NCBI GenBank assembly: GCA_951406725.2 | Contig: OX597831.1 | Location: forward strand, 5,456,001-5,520,000 | Length of the DNA: 64,000 nucleotides | DNA from: Octopus vulgaris | Taxonomy: Eukaryota | Direction of reading: 5' to 3' | Shown: piece by piece, positions 13,563 to 25,889 of the stretch | Layout of the letters: every line of letters begins with the position of its first letter | Position numbering within the stretch: position 1 is the first letter of the stretch | Program-made: the position numbers and the translations under genes | Notes under the pieces: model-generated | What the model was told of the DNA's origin: nothing | The model's database searches: none | The model's input: only the letters and a program-made list of their open reading frames with translations

Positions 13563-14006
13563 GGCGTAGGAGTGGCTGCGTGGTGAGTAGCTTGCTTAGC
13601 AACCACGTGGTTACGGGTTCAGTCCCACTGCGTGGCACCTTGGGCAAGTGTCTTCTGCTATAGTCTCGAGCCGACCAAAGCCTTGTGAGTGGATTTCGTA
13701 GACGGAAACGGAAAGAAGCCCGTCGTATATATGTATATATATATGTGTGTGTGTGTGTGTATATGTTTGTCCCCCCACCATCGGTTGGCAAACGATGGTG
13801 GGGGGGACAAACATAAACACACACACATATATATATACATATATACGACGGGCTGTGTTTACGTCCCCGTAACTTAGCGGTTCGGCAAAAAAGACCGATA
13901 GAATAAGTACTAGGCTTACAAAGAATAAGTCCTGGGGTCGATTTGCTCGACTAAAGGCGGTGCTCCAGTATGGCCACAGTCAAATTACTGAAACAAATAA
14001 AAGAGT
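13563..14006 (+). mobile_element. SINE family B (CORE-like), full length
   Basis: Head ggcgtaggagtggctgcgtggt, B box gggttcagtccc, CORE-like accttgggcaagtgtctt, tail actgaaacaaataaaaga. Confidence 0.9.
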
Positions 14007-14381
14007 ATAGGATTAAGTCGATTACTTTGACTCCAGTGTTCAATTACAGTAATCCGTCGCCATATCGAGGTTTATCATTTAAGCTTACGTCGATTCCTCT
14101 ATGTTGTTGTTTTGCATTTATAATAAAATAAATATATGCAAATAATAAATAAATATATATACAGGGCAGTACTGTTTCTCATTTTACAGTATTGGTTCTT
14201 ATTTTATCGTCTCCGAAAAGATAAAAAAAAACAAAGCCAGCCTCATCGGAATTTGAACCTGGAACGTAAAGAGCCGGAAAAGAATGACAAATACTTTATT
14301 TTATATCATTTGCCATAAAGGCAGTACACAGATATGTAGCTTTGTGGGCTGGGCAAGACATTAATGAGGCGAATGATAATA

Positions 14382-14522
14382 TTAGGTTGTCCCAAAAGTT
14401 CGTAAACACTTGCGAAAATTGAATTTTTACTCGCCAAGTTCTAACAAAAACAACAAAAATTATTCCTCAAAATAAAGACCATTATTTTCCAAGATTTTCT
14501 ACGAACTTTTGGGACAACCTTA
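14382..14522. mobile_element. Tc1/mariner MITE
   Basis: TIRs aggttgtcccaaaagttcgta / tacgaacttttgggacaacct in TA context. Confidence 0.8.
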
Positions 14523-15092
14523 TAATACAAGACAAAGAATGACAAATAATTATGAAATAAGAAATCCAGTTTGATTAATTAATAGAAGTTTGATTAATTA
14601 ATCGAAAAAGTACAGAATCCCTATTGACAAAACGAGGTCCGGGCTGAATAACAAGAACGAGATGGAAATATGTGTTTCTGCGAAACAAACTCTGGTAAAT
14701 CCCATGACGTTTAATCTAAGATGGAAAATTACGAAACAAGAAGACAGTGATACGATAGAAACGTCCCGTAAGTAGAAATGATATTTACTTTGCGTTTTCT
14801 CCGCCTTTTTTATTACATTTAAAATATATTAAGAACAAGGAACGACACAAACTACAAAATGAACCAACACGGTGGGGCGAGACGTCTAAAAAATACTTTC
14901 ACTTGTGAATATTTTTGGTCTGTAATACTAAAGAAAACTTATAAAGAATATGGTACAGAAACGTTTGGAAGCTATGCAGTTTCGGCATAACTATAAATTA
15001 GTGCCCCTTCCACCAAATTTTTTGGGAACCCCGGAAACAAGCTTTTTTAATTATATTTGAGCTGAAATTTTGGTCAGTTTATATTTCATTAT

Positions 15093-15180
15093 GGCGGAGG
15101 TAAAGAGTACGTACGCCACCCGTTTTCGGCGTAACAAAATCCCTAACCTTAACCACCTTGTGTACGTATTTACTTTCGCC
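15093..15180. mobile_element. 88-bp MITE with 8-bp TSD (Merlin- or hAT-like)
   Basis: TIRs ggcggaggtaaa / tttactttcgcc. TSD ttcattat at 15085-15092 and 15181-15188. Confidence 0.8.
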
Positions 15181-15194
15181 TTCATTATTAGGCC

Positions 15195-15700
15195 AGTGGC
15201 AAGCTGGCATAAACGTTAGCACGCCAGGCGAAATGCGTAGCCGTATTTCGTCTGCCGCTACGTTCTGAGTTCAAATTCTGCTGAGGTCGACTTTGCCTTT
15301 CATCCTTTCGGGGTCGATTAAATAAGTACCAGTTACGCACTGGGGTCGATATAATCGACTTAACCCGTTTGTCTGTCCTTGTTTGGCCTCTCTGTGTTTT
15401 AGCCCCTTGTGGGTAGTAAAGAGATAGAAATAGGTATTTCGTCTGTCTTTACCTTCTGAGTTCAAATTCCGCCGAAGTCGACTTTGCCTTTCATCCTTTC
15501 GGGGTCGATTAAATAAGTACCAGTTACGCACTGGAGTCGATATAGTCGACTTAATCCGTTTGTCTGTCCTTGTTTGGCCTCTCTGTGTTTAGCCCCTTGT
15601 GGGTAGTAAAGAAATAGGTATTTCGTTTGTCTTTACGTTCTGAGTTCAAATTCCACCGAAGTCGACTTTGCCTTTATTCTTTTCGGGGTCGATAAATTAA
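15195..15700 (+). mobile_element. SINE family A trimer
   Basis: Three bodies joined by aaataggtatttcgt junctions. Confidence 0.85.
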
Positions 15701-16009
15701 GCACTCCACAGACACGTGTACCCTCAACGTAGTTCTCGGGGAGATTCAGCGTGACACAGGGTGTGACAAGGCTGACCCTTTGAAATACAGGTACAGCAGA
15801 AACAGGGAGAAAGAGTGAGAGAAAGTTGTGGTGAAAGAGTGCAACAGGGTTCGCCTCGCCCCACCCCTGCCAGAGCCTAATAAAATAATAAAATATCTTA
15901 CAATCGAATCGCGCTCTTCGTCTTCGACTTGACTGTTTACCTTTGTGAAGAATTACGTCAATCCTTTGTAAAATATAATAATAATAATAATGTTTTTTCT
16001 TGGTATAAA

Positions 16010-16470
16010 AGATAGGCTACAGCAAATATTCTGCTCGATACCACAGATTTGCTTGTCAGTTGTTTGACCTTAACCAGTTGAGCATGTCCCTTAATGGCTG
16101 ACGATATGTGCATCTCTGATCACGAGCAGAAGTAGTGGGGGAGCATCATAGCCTTGTGCTGAGGAATTCTTAGCGGTCTGGATAGTTCACCTTTGGAAAC
16201 ATGGGTGTTTCGTTCAATATCCTTAAACAATCCTTATTCGGGGACCTTTTGAGCGGGATGGGCTCAGAAGAAAATCCTAACTTGGCCCCACCTGCAAGGT
16301 CATGTGCTGTTTATCTTGATATGAGATCACCATGTCACGCATATATGGTTGTGATGCATGTGCCTGGTATACCCCTATCAGACGGGTAGTCATGATGGGT
16401 ATACTGGGTTTCGTATATGTCACTTTGATAGCATGCACTGCTCTCTCACTCAATAATAATAATAATAATT
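16010..16470 (+). mobile_element. Unclassified retroposon ending in (AAT)n
   Basis: Related segment in reverse orientation at ~56495-56610. Simple-repeat tail. Confidence 0.5.
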
Positions 16471-16499
16471 GCTGTGACAAAGTTGTACCTCTAAATCCT

Positions 16500-16868
16500 T
16501 CCTGATTTTCTGCAGTACGATCACGAAACGAAGCGGCCGAAATGGGGTTCCTCTGAAGGAATGGTTAACTAGATCAGGGAGTCTTTGCTAGTTGAGCTGT
16601 TACTCCTCCGTATTGAGGGGTCACAGCTCTGTTACTACGAACATATGATTAGAATGTCGCAGGAAAGAATCGTAAAACGGATTCTTCAAGCGGAGCCAAC
16701 CGGCAAGAGACATGGGGGCAGGCCAAGAATGAGATGGTAACATAATATCCATAGTCTCAGATGGTCACGCTTGGGCGTCCAACCGGAAGGTGTAATAACG
16801 ACGGTTGCTTCTGACAAGAGCCTATGGAGGAAGTGTCTGAAGACTCTATCCCACCAGCATTCCAAGAA
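16500..16868 (+). mobile_element. RTE-type LINE 3' fragment
   Basis: VELLLLRIEGSQLCYYEHMIRMSQERIVKRILQAEPTGKRHGGRPRMRW. Homologous to 22720-23500 and 59100-59420. Confidence 0.75.
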
Positions 16869-16869
16869 T

Positions 16870-17235
16870 ATATTTCTTTATTCACCTTTAAAAAGGTTTA
16901 CATAGAGGGGACGTTACAAGGACAGACAAGGGACATGAAGGGTACAGACACGCTTCTTATATACCAGATGAAAAGACAGATGGATTTACATATGTTATAC
17001 GGATGGGAGTTAAAAATATGTGATGATTGGATGGACATTGGGTCCCGGGTTAGTGAATTAACCCGCCGGTTGATTATCCCTTTCGGTAATCTTTTTCCTT
17101 TCTTTTATGTCCCGACTGACCGTGCAAGCACAGCGTCGTGCATTATCATCTTTCTTACCGCCGTCATCCATCTTTTTCCAAACGCTCTTTGCGGCAGTCT
17201 CCTCCTCTCCAGACGGATCTCCAGCATTCCAAGAA
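16870..17235 (-). mobile_element. L1/Tx1-like LINE 3' end
   Basis: EIRLERRRLPQRAFGKRW-type ORF2 terminus followed by a pyrimidine-rich 3' UTR ending aataaagaaata. Confidence 0.5.
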
Positions 17236-17679
17236 TAACAGGCGAAGAAAATAGAAGGATGTGTATTAATACATGTTTTGATAAAAATTGAGTCAAACAT
17301 CGATAATTAGAATTCAGACAAAAACCGCCCCAAGAAAACATTAATAAATGATTGATATGTGTATTATTTGTTTCGTTGACGTAAATTATCGATTTTAAAA
17401 CGTGATTCGTTTTCTTGACATAAATGAAATGTCATTAATATATAGCATGTCACTAAGTAAAAGCCATGTATTGCTAAAAAAGTGACTTAAGATATTAATT
17501 ACATCATTATTTACAGTGTTTAAATTAATATTATTTATGGCGTGGAGGCGCAATGACCCAGTGGTTAGGACAGAGGACTCGCGGCCGTAGGATTGCGGTT
17601 TCGATAGCACACTGGTATCGACATAATCGACTATTCCCCTCCCTTAAAATTTCAGGCCTTGTGCCTAAAGTAGAAAGGA

Positions 17680-18262
17680 AGGCGGCGAGTTGGCAGAAAC
17701 GTTAGCACGCCGGGCGAAATGCTTAGCCGTATTTCGTGTGCTGTGATGTTCTGAGTTCAAATCCGCCGAGGTCGACTTTGCCTTTCATCCTTTCGGGGTC
17801 GATTAAATAAGTGCCAGTTACGCACAGGGGTCGATGTAATCGACTTAATCCCGTGTGTCTGTCCTTGTTTGTTCCCTCTGTGTTTACCCTCTTGTGGGTA
17901 GTAAAGAAATAGGTATTTCGTCTCTCTTTACGTTCTGAGTTCAAATTCCGCCGAGGTCGACTTTGCCTTTCATCCTTTCGGGGTCGATTAAATAAGTACC
18001 AATTACGCACTGGGGTCTATGTAATCGACTTAATCCGTTTGTCTGTCCTTGTTCGTCCCCTCTGTGTTTAGCCCCTTGTGAGTAGTAAAGAAATAGATAT
18101 TTCATCTGTCTTTACGTTCAGAGTTCAAATTCTGCCGAGGTCGACTTTGTCTTTCATGCTTTCGGAGTCGATAAATTAAGCACCAGTTGCATACTGGGGT
18201 CGATCAAATCGACTAGACCCTTCCCCCAAAACATTTTGAGCCTTGTGCCTGAGTAGAAAAGA
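17680..18262 (+). mobile_element. SINE family A trimer
   Basis: Same organisation as 9877-10491. Confidence 0.85.
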
Positions 18263-19774
18263 ATCGTTAACGCGTCAGGAAAATTATTTCACAGCAATTC
18301 TTCCGACTTTACATTCTGAATTCAAATTCCATTGAGGTTGACTTTGCCTTTCATCCTTCCGGGATCGATAAATGCCAATCAAGTATTGGGGTCGAGGCAA
18401 TCTTTTTACCCCTACCCTCAAAAACTGCTGACTCTATCTGTGCCAAAATTTGACATAATTATTTATGGCAGGGGGTCAAGGCGGCGATCTGGCAAAATCG
18501 TTAAGGCGTCGGGAAATATGCTTAGCGGCATTTTGTCAGTCTTTATGTTCTGGGCGATAAAATAAGTACCAGTTGAATACTAGGGATCAATGAAATTGAC
18601 AAGCACCCCCACCCCCAAAATTTTCGGTATTTGCGCCTATAGTCAAAAGGATTATTTAAGGCAAGGAACAAGCTGGCAAAATTACCCCCGCGCCGGCCAA
18701 AATGCTTGGCAATGTTTCTTCTGTTTTTTTTTATTTTCTGAGTTCAAATTACACCGAGGTCGACTTTGCCTTTCGATGAGTTAACTCCCAGTCAAGTTGT
18801 AAGGGTTCAATCTAATCGATTTCTTCACTTTTCTCAGAATTGTTGGTTTTTCTACGAAAGTGAAAGTACTTTCATTGATGGTATTTAAATGAAATCTAAA
18901 ATAGTTTCCTGTGATTTATTTTCTTTTTAACCAAAACTGTAACATCCATCCCCCACTCTGCTGCCAAAAGTTAAAACTTCATATCAGTGGTTTTCAACCG
19001 AGGTTCACATGACCCTTGGTGGGGTCCGTAAAAGATTTTGTTGTTAAATTTATGAGCAATAAAATCGGTCATACTTCCACAGTGGCTCTGTGGTAAGAAG
19101 CTTGCTTCCCAACTACATAATTCTGGGTTCAGTTCCACTGCGTGGTACCTTCGGCAAGTGTCTTCTACTATAGAATTGGGCCGACCAAAGCCTTGTGAGT
19201 GGATTTGGTGGACGGAAACTGATGGTCGCCCAACCATCGCCTGACAACAGATGTTGATGCGTTTACGCCTCCGTAACTTAGCGGTTCGGCAAAAGAGACC
19301 GATAGAATAAGTGCTAGGCTTACAAAGAGTAAGTCCTGGAGTCAATTTCTTCGACTAAAACCTTTTAAGGTGGTGCTCCAGCATGACCGCAATCAAATGA
19401 CTGCAACAAGTAAAAGTATAAAAGAATTGATTGATTGATTGATTGATTCTAGTTTCAGCTCACGAGTTATGGCCATGCTGGGGCACCGCCTTCCTAATTT
19501 TTGATGTTAAAAAAAATGCAAGATTTTTTTGATACTCATAGAGAATGACTAAGAACCAGAAGAGTCAAAACTGGAATCAAAGAGGTTCCAGAGACAAATA
19601 ATGGATGATAAACAATGCCTTAGATGTTGTTACTTGTGAGACATCTTTTCTGAAATACCATTCTCCATCGATTTGTGTGAAATTACCGATTAATCAATAA
19701 CAAAACAAAACCAACAAGCTTCTATAAAATCTCCAACTAAATAATGTAGGAATAGCAAAAGAAATACAGATGTA

Positions 19775-20408
19775 AGAAGCTTGTTTTGCAAGCACGAGGT
19801 TTCGGGTTCAGTTCCACTGCGCGGCACCACGGACAAGTGTCTTCTACAATAACCCCGGAGAGATCAATGCATTGTGAGTGAATCTGGAAGACGGAATCCC
19901 GTTGTATATATATATATATATGTACGTATAAGGCGGCGAGCTGGCAGAAACGTTAACGCGCCGGGCGAAATGCTTAGCCGTTACGTTCTGAGTCCAAATT
20001 CCGCCGAGGTCGACTTTGCCTTTCATCCTTTCGGAGTCGATAAATAAAGTACCAGTTACGCACTGGGGTCGATGTAATCAACTTAATCCCTTTGTCTGTC
20101 TTTGTTTGTCCCCTCTATGTTTAGCCCCTTGTGGGCAATAAAGAAATAGGTATGTGCACATATGTGTGTGTAGTATGTGTATATATATATATATATATAC
20201 GTGTGTGTACTCCCCGCCACTGCTTGGCATTATTTGTTGGTTTATTTACGTCCCCGTAACTTAGCGATTTTAGCAAAGAGGACCGACAGATTAAGCGCCA
20301 GACACTAAAAAACGAAGTATTGTAGTTAATTTGCTCAATAAAAACCTTTCGAGGTTGTGCCCCAGCATGGCCGCAGTCCAATGCCTGAAACAAGTAAAAG
20401 ATAAAAGA
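19775..20408 (+). mobile_element. SINE B with SINE A nested at ~19931-20148
   Basis: The two halves of SINE B flank a full SINE A within the TA tract. Confidence 0.75.
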
Positions 20409-20923
20409 TATATTTATTTGTCTCTTAATTGTTAAATCTGTTTAATCATTGATCTCAGACAATGCGATGAAAAATAGAATTAATATTGTTATCTGAATGG
20501 CAACATCAAAGACTTTCTCTTTTGTTATGGAATAAGAATTAATGATGTCCACAAACGATAATATCCTGAATAAATATTCTTCATAATCAACATGAAATGG
20601 GAAGGTTTAGTTATCAAAGACGATCAGAGCAATTGTGCATTATAGCAGTCAGATATTTTACAGAAATATTATAGTGGTCCCATATTTCGCACAGTATTGA
20701 AGAACGGTTTCGAGTTTTGGCACAGGGCCAGCGAATTTTAAAGGGAAGCAGAAGTTGATTACATCGACCCTACTGTACTTGATCAGTATGTATTTTATCG
20801 ACCCCGAAAGGATGAAAATCAATATCGACCTCAGTGGAATTTGAACTCAGAACGCAAAGAGGGACGAAATACTGCAAAGCCTTTTTGTCCAACGTGCTAA
20901 CGATTCCACCAACTCACTCCCTT

Positions 20924-20961
<38 letters not shown>

Positions 20962-21442
20962 CCTGAAATTTCGTATGGAGTGGACAAGTCGATTATATTG
21001 TACCCAGTCTCTGATTAGTACTTATTTTATCGACCCCCGAAAGGATGAAAGGCAAAGTGACCTCGGCGGAATTTGAGCCCAGAGCGTAAGGACGGATGAA
21101 ATACTGCTAAGCATTTTGCCCGGTATGCTAATGATTCCGCCAGATCACGGTCTAAATAATAATAATAATGGTTTCAAATTTTGTCACAAGGGAATCAATT
21201 TGTAGGGAGATAAGTCGATTTCATTGACCCCAGTGTTTTACTGGTACTGAAACTCCTTATCTTCTATCTGTTTCAGTTACTGGTCTGCAGCCATGCTGTG
21301 GCATTCCCTTGAAGTGTTTTGTCTAACAAATCAACACCAATGTGTATTTTTAAAATTGGTTCTTCTTATTCCATCAGTTACTTTTGCCAAACTGCTAAGT
21401 TAAGGGGGATGTAAACAAACCAGCATCAGTTGTCAGGACGTG

Positions 21443-21572
21443 GGTACTACTTAAACACAGATGCCCCTATGCATCTACGTAACGATATATTTTTACAGTG
21501 CACACTCGTTAGGGATAGTTCTAGGGTGAGGGTTACGTAGATGCGTTGGGATCTCTGTATTTAAGTAGTACC
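21443..21572. mobile_element. 130-bp MITE with ~40-bp TIRs and 8-bp TSD, inserted in a SINE B
   Basis: ggtactacttaaacacag...ctgtatttaagtagtacc. Flanks aggacgtg / aggccgtg. Confidence 0.8.
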
Positions 21573-21694
21573 AGGCCGTGTGGATTGGACACACGGACAC
21601 ACACATTTGTTAAACTTGGAGATGGTTATTTCTTACAAATTAAACACACACTCTATATATATTTGGTGTTCTTTTCAGTTATATTATTGTTATT

Positions 21695-21928
21695 AAAGGC
21701 GGCGAGCTGGCAGAATCGTTAGCACGCCGGGCGAAATGCGTAGCCGTATTTCGTCTGTCGTTACGTTCTGAGTTCAAATTCCGCCGAGGTCGGCTTTGCC
21801 TTTCATCCTTTCGAGGTCGATAAATTAAGTACCAGTTACGCACTGGGGTCGATGTAATCGACTTAATCCCTTTGTCTGTCCTTGTTTGTCTCCTCTATGT
21901 TTAGCCCCTTGTGGGCAATAAAGAAATA
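21695..21928 (+). mobile_element. SINE family A monomer with 15-bp TSD
   Basis: tatattattgttatt at 21680-21694 and 21929-21943. Confidence 0.9.
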
Positions 21929-22719
21929 TATATTATTGTTATTTAGTTTCTTCGTCAACGCGGTTTAGTCACACACCCTGGGACCTTTTCGATGACTCTC
22001 TACCCTGCGTGTCTCCTCTTGTTCTGCTTATTTCTTTTGAAAAAAATACGACCATCCCCCAAGTATAACAACATCTCTTTCAACACACGATTTCACATCA
22101 AGAATCTTGCAAAACAAATACATAAACGTGCACATGTGTGTGAGTGCGCGTGTATACACACGTATGCACACACACCTACAGACACATTCGATGGGTTTCC
22201 ACGCAGTTTGTTTATAAAATCCATTCATAAGACGTCGGTCGACCGAGGGCTATAGCCAAGACACTTTCCCAAGGTGCTGCACAGTGAGATTGAACCGAAA
22301 ACCGTGTGGTTGCAAGGCATGGTTTTTTAACTACCTTTTCATGTATTTCTTACTGCGTGTGCCAAAGATGGAGTATCTACGTAGCCGCTCAACTTCCTGG
22401 AAATAATAGTCAAGTCTCCATTAAATCATACACTACCATTCATTCCCTGTACACAGGAAAAAATGGATGGCCACGTTTGGAATATCTTTGGCCTTTGGGT
22501 TTACTGTATCAGGGCTGACCAGAACTTACTAGACATCTCTGCTCAATCCACAAAATTTTGGGAATGGTAAATAAATGTATGACAAATATCCATTGATGCA
22601 TTCTGAGACGAAGTAACATGAATTATTGGACTAATGTTTATTGATTTATAGCAGAGTCACTTAAATGGAACCATGTGTTTTAGAACTGTGTAAAGCATAT
22701 CGGAACTCGTGTCTTCCAT

Positions 22720-23500
22720 CTATCTTCTTTTCCCACTATTCCTGGGAGGGTTTTGGAGTAGTGTCCTCGGGAATCTCCTTTATAGAACCTCAACAGAAAT
22801 GGCCATCATAACACTTTCTGAAGGGATTCCCAACAGAAATTATGGATATTTTCCGACCAACTCGTCTTTGGCCTTTCCCAAGGTCTCATGGTGCTTGGTT
22901 CGGCTTGAAGAATCCGTCTTGCGACTCTTTCCAGTGACAGGACATTCTAATCACACGTCCGTAGTACCGGAGCTCGGACCGCTCAATGCGGAGAAGCAGC
23001 AGCTCGAACTGGAGAGACTCCCTGATCTCAGAGCTACGCACCCTACCGTGTAACGCAACCAACTCTGTTGGTTGGCTCAGCTTGAGGAATCCTTTATGCA
23101 AGTCTTTTCTACAACATTCTAACCACATGTCCATAGTATGAGAACCATGACTTCTCAGCTTGATCTGGACAGACTCCCTGACCTCCGAGCTACACGCATT
23201 GTCGAGTAATGTTACTCCAGAGATCCTTCGAAGAAACCCATTTCGACCGGTTCTATACGCTGCCGTATTCTTTCAGTGATTATTCAATCTTGATGAACAT
23301 AGGGGAGAACAGACGCAAAAACTGAACTGAAGGTAGCAAGTTTAGCTTTTTGACCAACCTCTCCTCTTCTGAGAATCAAATTCTGGGGCTGGCGCATTAT
23401 GGTACCAACACCTGGAATTCTAGCATCTAATTCAGCCTCTTGCTTCCTGTCATTTGTGAATATGGCCCTATGATAGTTTTCTTTCTAGAAACTTCATTCC
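22720..23500 (-). mobile_element. RTE-type LINE fragment, decayed
   Basis: VRSSEIRESLQFELLLLRIERSELRYYGRVIRMS, plus an upstream RT-downstream remnant. Confidence 0.75.
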
Positions 23501-23972
23501 CTATAAAAAGATATACCCCTCTTTCTGACTTTTACTAAAATATAATTACAACGGAATTGATAGAATCGAAGGGCACTGTTTTGAAAATTACGTGGGCTTC
23601 TGTCTGGTTGCCAATTGAACCCACAGATAACTGACTTCGTTCTTCATTATATCCCTGACTCTACAATCAACCGATTGGTGGTGGTTTGTAAATATATTTG
23701 GTGTGAAGGGAAAGATGCAGTTCTGTAGACCTCTTTTCCCCGCTTTGCTTGAAGCTGTTGAATGTGTTTCTCTTCCATCTTAACAATCTTGTTCCACCAG
23801 TGAGAGTAGATAGTGAGGTCTTCCATCTTTGAAGAGCTTGTGTTCTGGCATTTCGATAAGTATCATAAAAGAGAACGTAGAGCAACAATAGATATCTGTT
23901 GATGCGTTAACATGTTTCAGTCGGTCTCAAACTGTTCTGCAGAGCAACTTGTGTGAATGTGTATAGAATAAT

Positions 23973-24328
23973 ATATCAGCTTAGTAAAGTTAAAACATGG
24001 TCTGGTTTTCACGGTTTTTATTACGGTATTTTAACATTAAAACAAAATATATTTCGTAATGCTCATAAAATTAAATTAGCGCTTTCATACATAGAGTAAT
24101 CATCAGATTACGCTATGTATGAAATGCGTTTGACTGACAGTTGAGTTCTTGACAACTTTTGTCAAGAACTCAACTGTCAATTAAGCACATTTGAAATCTG
24201 ATGATTACTTTACGTATGAAAGTACTAATTTAACTTTATGAGCATTACAAAACATTTTTTTTAAATGTTAAAATACCATAATAGAAAACGTTAAAACCAG
24301 ACCCGTTTTAACTTTATTCAACTGGTAT
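23973..24328. repeat. Imperfect ~355-bp inverted repeat, each arm carrying a hammerhead motif (24073-24109 minus, 24194-24231 plus)
   Basis: Centre gacagttgagttcttgacaa-ctt-ttgtcaagaactcaactgtc. The right arm reads AAAT CTGATGA TTAC tttac GTAT GAAA GTACTA ATTT. Confidence 0.8.
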
Positions 24329-24359
24329 GTATGTGTGTGTATATAGTGTTCAAATTTTC

Positions 24360-24493
24360 AGAAACATAAAAGACGAAGACAGGTGTATTAGTTTATCATG
24401 CAGGAAGGTGAGAAAATCGTTTGCGTTTTGAGCCTACGCTCTTCAACAGAAAAGGACACGAGGAAATAAACAGAAAGAATTAAAAAATCTTTT

Positions 24494-24540
<47 letters not shown>

Positions 24541-24720
24541 TCGCCATGATAGATCGCTAGCCACTACACATTTCTTTATTTTCTCTCCTTGTTTCTTTCT
24601 GTGGAAGAGCATAGGCTCAAAACGTTAATGACTTTCTCACTTCCCGAGTGTTATACTAATACATTTGTTCGTTGTCTACACCACTTGTCTTCGTCTTTTT
24701 TTTGTGTGTGTGAATTCTCC
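24360..24720. mobile_element. Two Penelope-like terminal-repeat fragments in opposite orientation around (TA)n
   Basis: Both contain gaagagc(g/a)taggctcaaaacg, a decayed form of the motif at 5125. A further copy lies at ~61300-61480. Confidence 0.55.
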
Positions 24721-24735
24721 ATATATGTATATATA

Positions 24736-24978
24736 TTGGGTTGGTGCAGAATTATTGCGGCTTTTTTTCAACAAATTCTAGTCAACAACAATAACAATAT
24801 TTAACAAAAACATGTTTAAATGATGGTCTAAGCGTCTGCCAAGCAAATGGGAAGCAGTAATTGAAGTAGATGGTGAATATACTCCGGAATAATCATATAA
24901 AGATGTTTTTGTTACAGGTTATTGCTTTTGTTGAATAAAATTGTTGAAAAAAGCCACAATAATTATGCACCAACCCAA
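24736..24978 (+). mobile_element. Mariner deletion derivative with both TIRs
   Basis: TIRs ttgggttggtgcagaattattgcggc / gccacaataattatgcaccaacccaa, TA flanks, remnant KRLPSKWEAVIEVDGEYTPE*. Confidence 0.85.
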
Positions 24979-25528
24979 TATATATATATAATCATCATCA
25001 TCGCTTAAAGTCCGTTTTCCATGCTAGCATGGGTTGGACGGTTCGACGGTTTGATCTGGCAGTGTTTCTACGGCTGGATGCCCTTCCTAACGCCAACCAC
25101 TCCTTGAGTGCAATGGGTGCTTTTTACGTGCCACGGGTATCACAACTACAATTCCATTTCATTTTTATTTTGATGTTGATGTACTGGACTCAGTAGGTGT
25201 CCTCAAGCACAGCAGGTCGCCCCACGATCCAAGGTAAGCAGCGTAGGCCGTCCTTCGAGCCAAGGTGCTTTGAATGGTCTGGGGCTGGTTGTGTGAAGCT
25301 GGTGTAGGATACAGCGATGAACTCACTTTATTTGTCGGGTTTTCGTAGTCACAGCATATCTCCAGAGGTCTCGGTCTTTCGTCATTGCCTCTGTGAGGCC
25401 CAACGTTCGAATGTCATGCTTGACAATTTATATATAAAGTTAATCCAAACAAGAAAGCACAAAAAAACACAACAACGCGAGGACGTGAAACAAATATAGT
25501 ATTATTGGACGCTCAGGAAAGAAGGAGG

Positions 25529-25563
25529 GTTTAACGTTTCGAGTGGAGCTCTTCGTCGGAAAC
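25529..25563 (-). ncRNA. Variant hammerhead motif in a Penelope-like fragment (~25435-25620)
   Basis: GTTT CCGACGA A GAGC tcc ACTC GAAA CGTT AAAC. Same family as 5125-5159. Confidence 0.45.
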
Positions 25564-25889
25564 ATAAGAGAAGGAAAGATCCAGAGAAAGGAAGACAGAG
25601 GAAAATAAAATCGCCAACGGAAACCTTGGGATACAATCTTCCAATAAGCCAAAAGCATCAATCCTTTTGTTACTATATTTGTTGGAACGCGCTGCTTTTC
25701 CTTCGGTTAATTTTTAAATTATAAAGAATTTAGCAAAAATAACTTTGCCATTATTTAGTGTTTGAAACAAATTGAGATGGAATTTTACTGGAAAATTCTT
25801 TGTTCATTTTAAACAGAAAGTTTGTATCATAAAACCAGGTGGTTGTGTGCTCAGGTGGATTGGCATCGAAAGGGCTTACACCCATCTCA

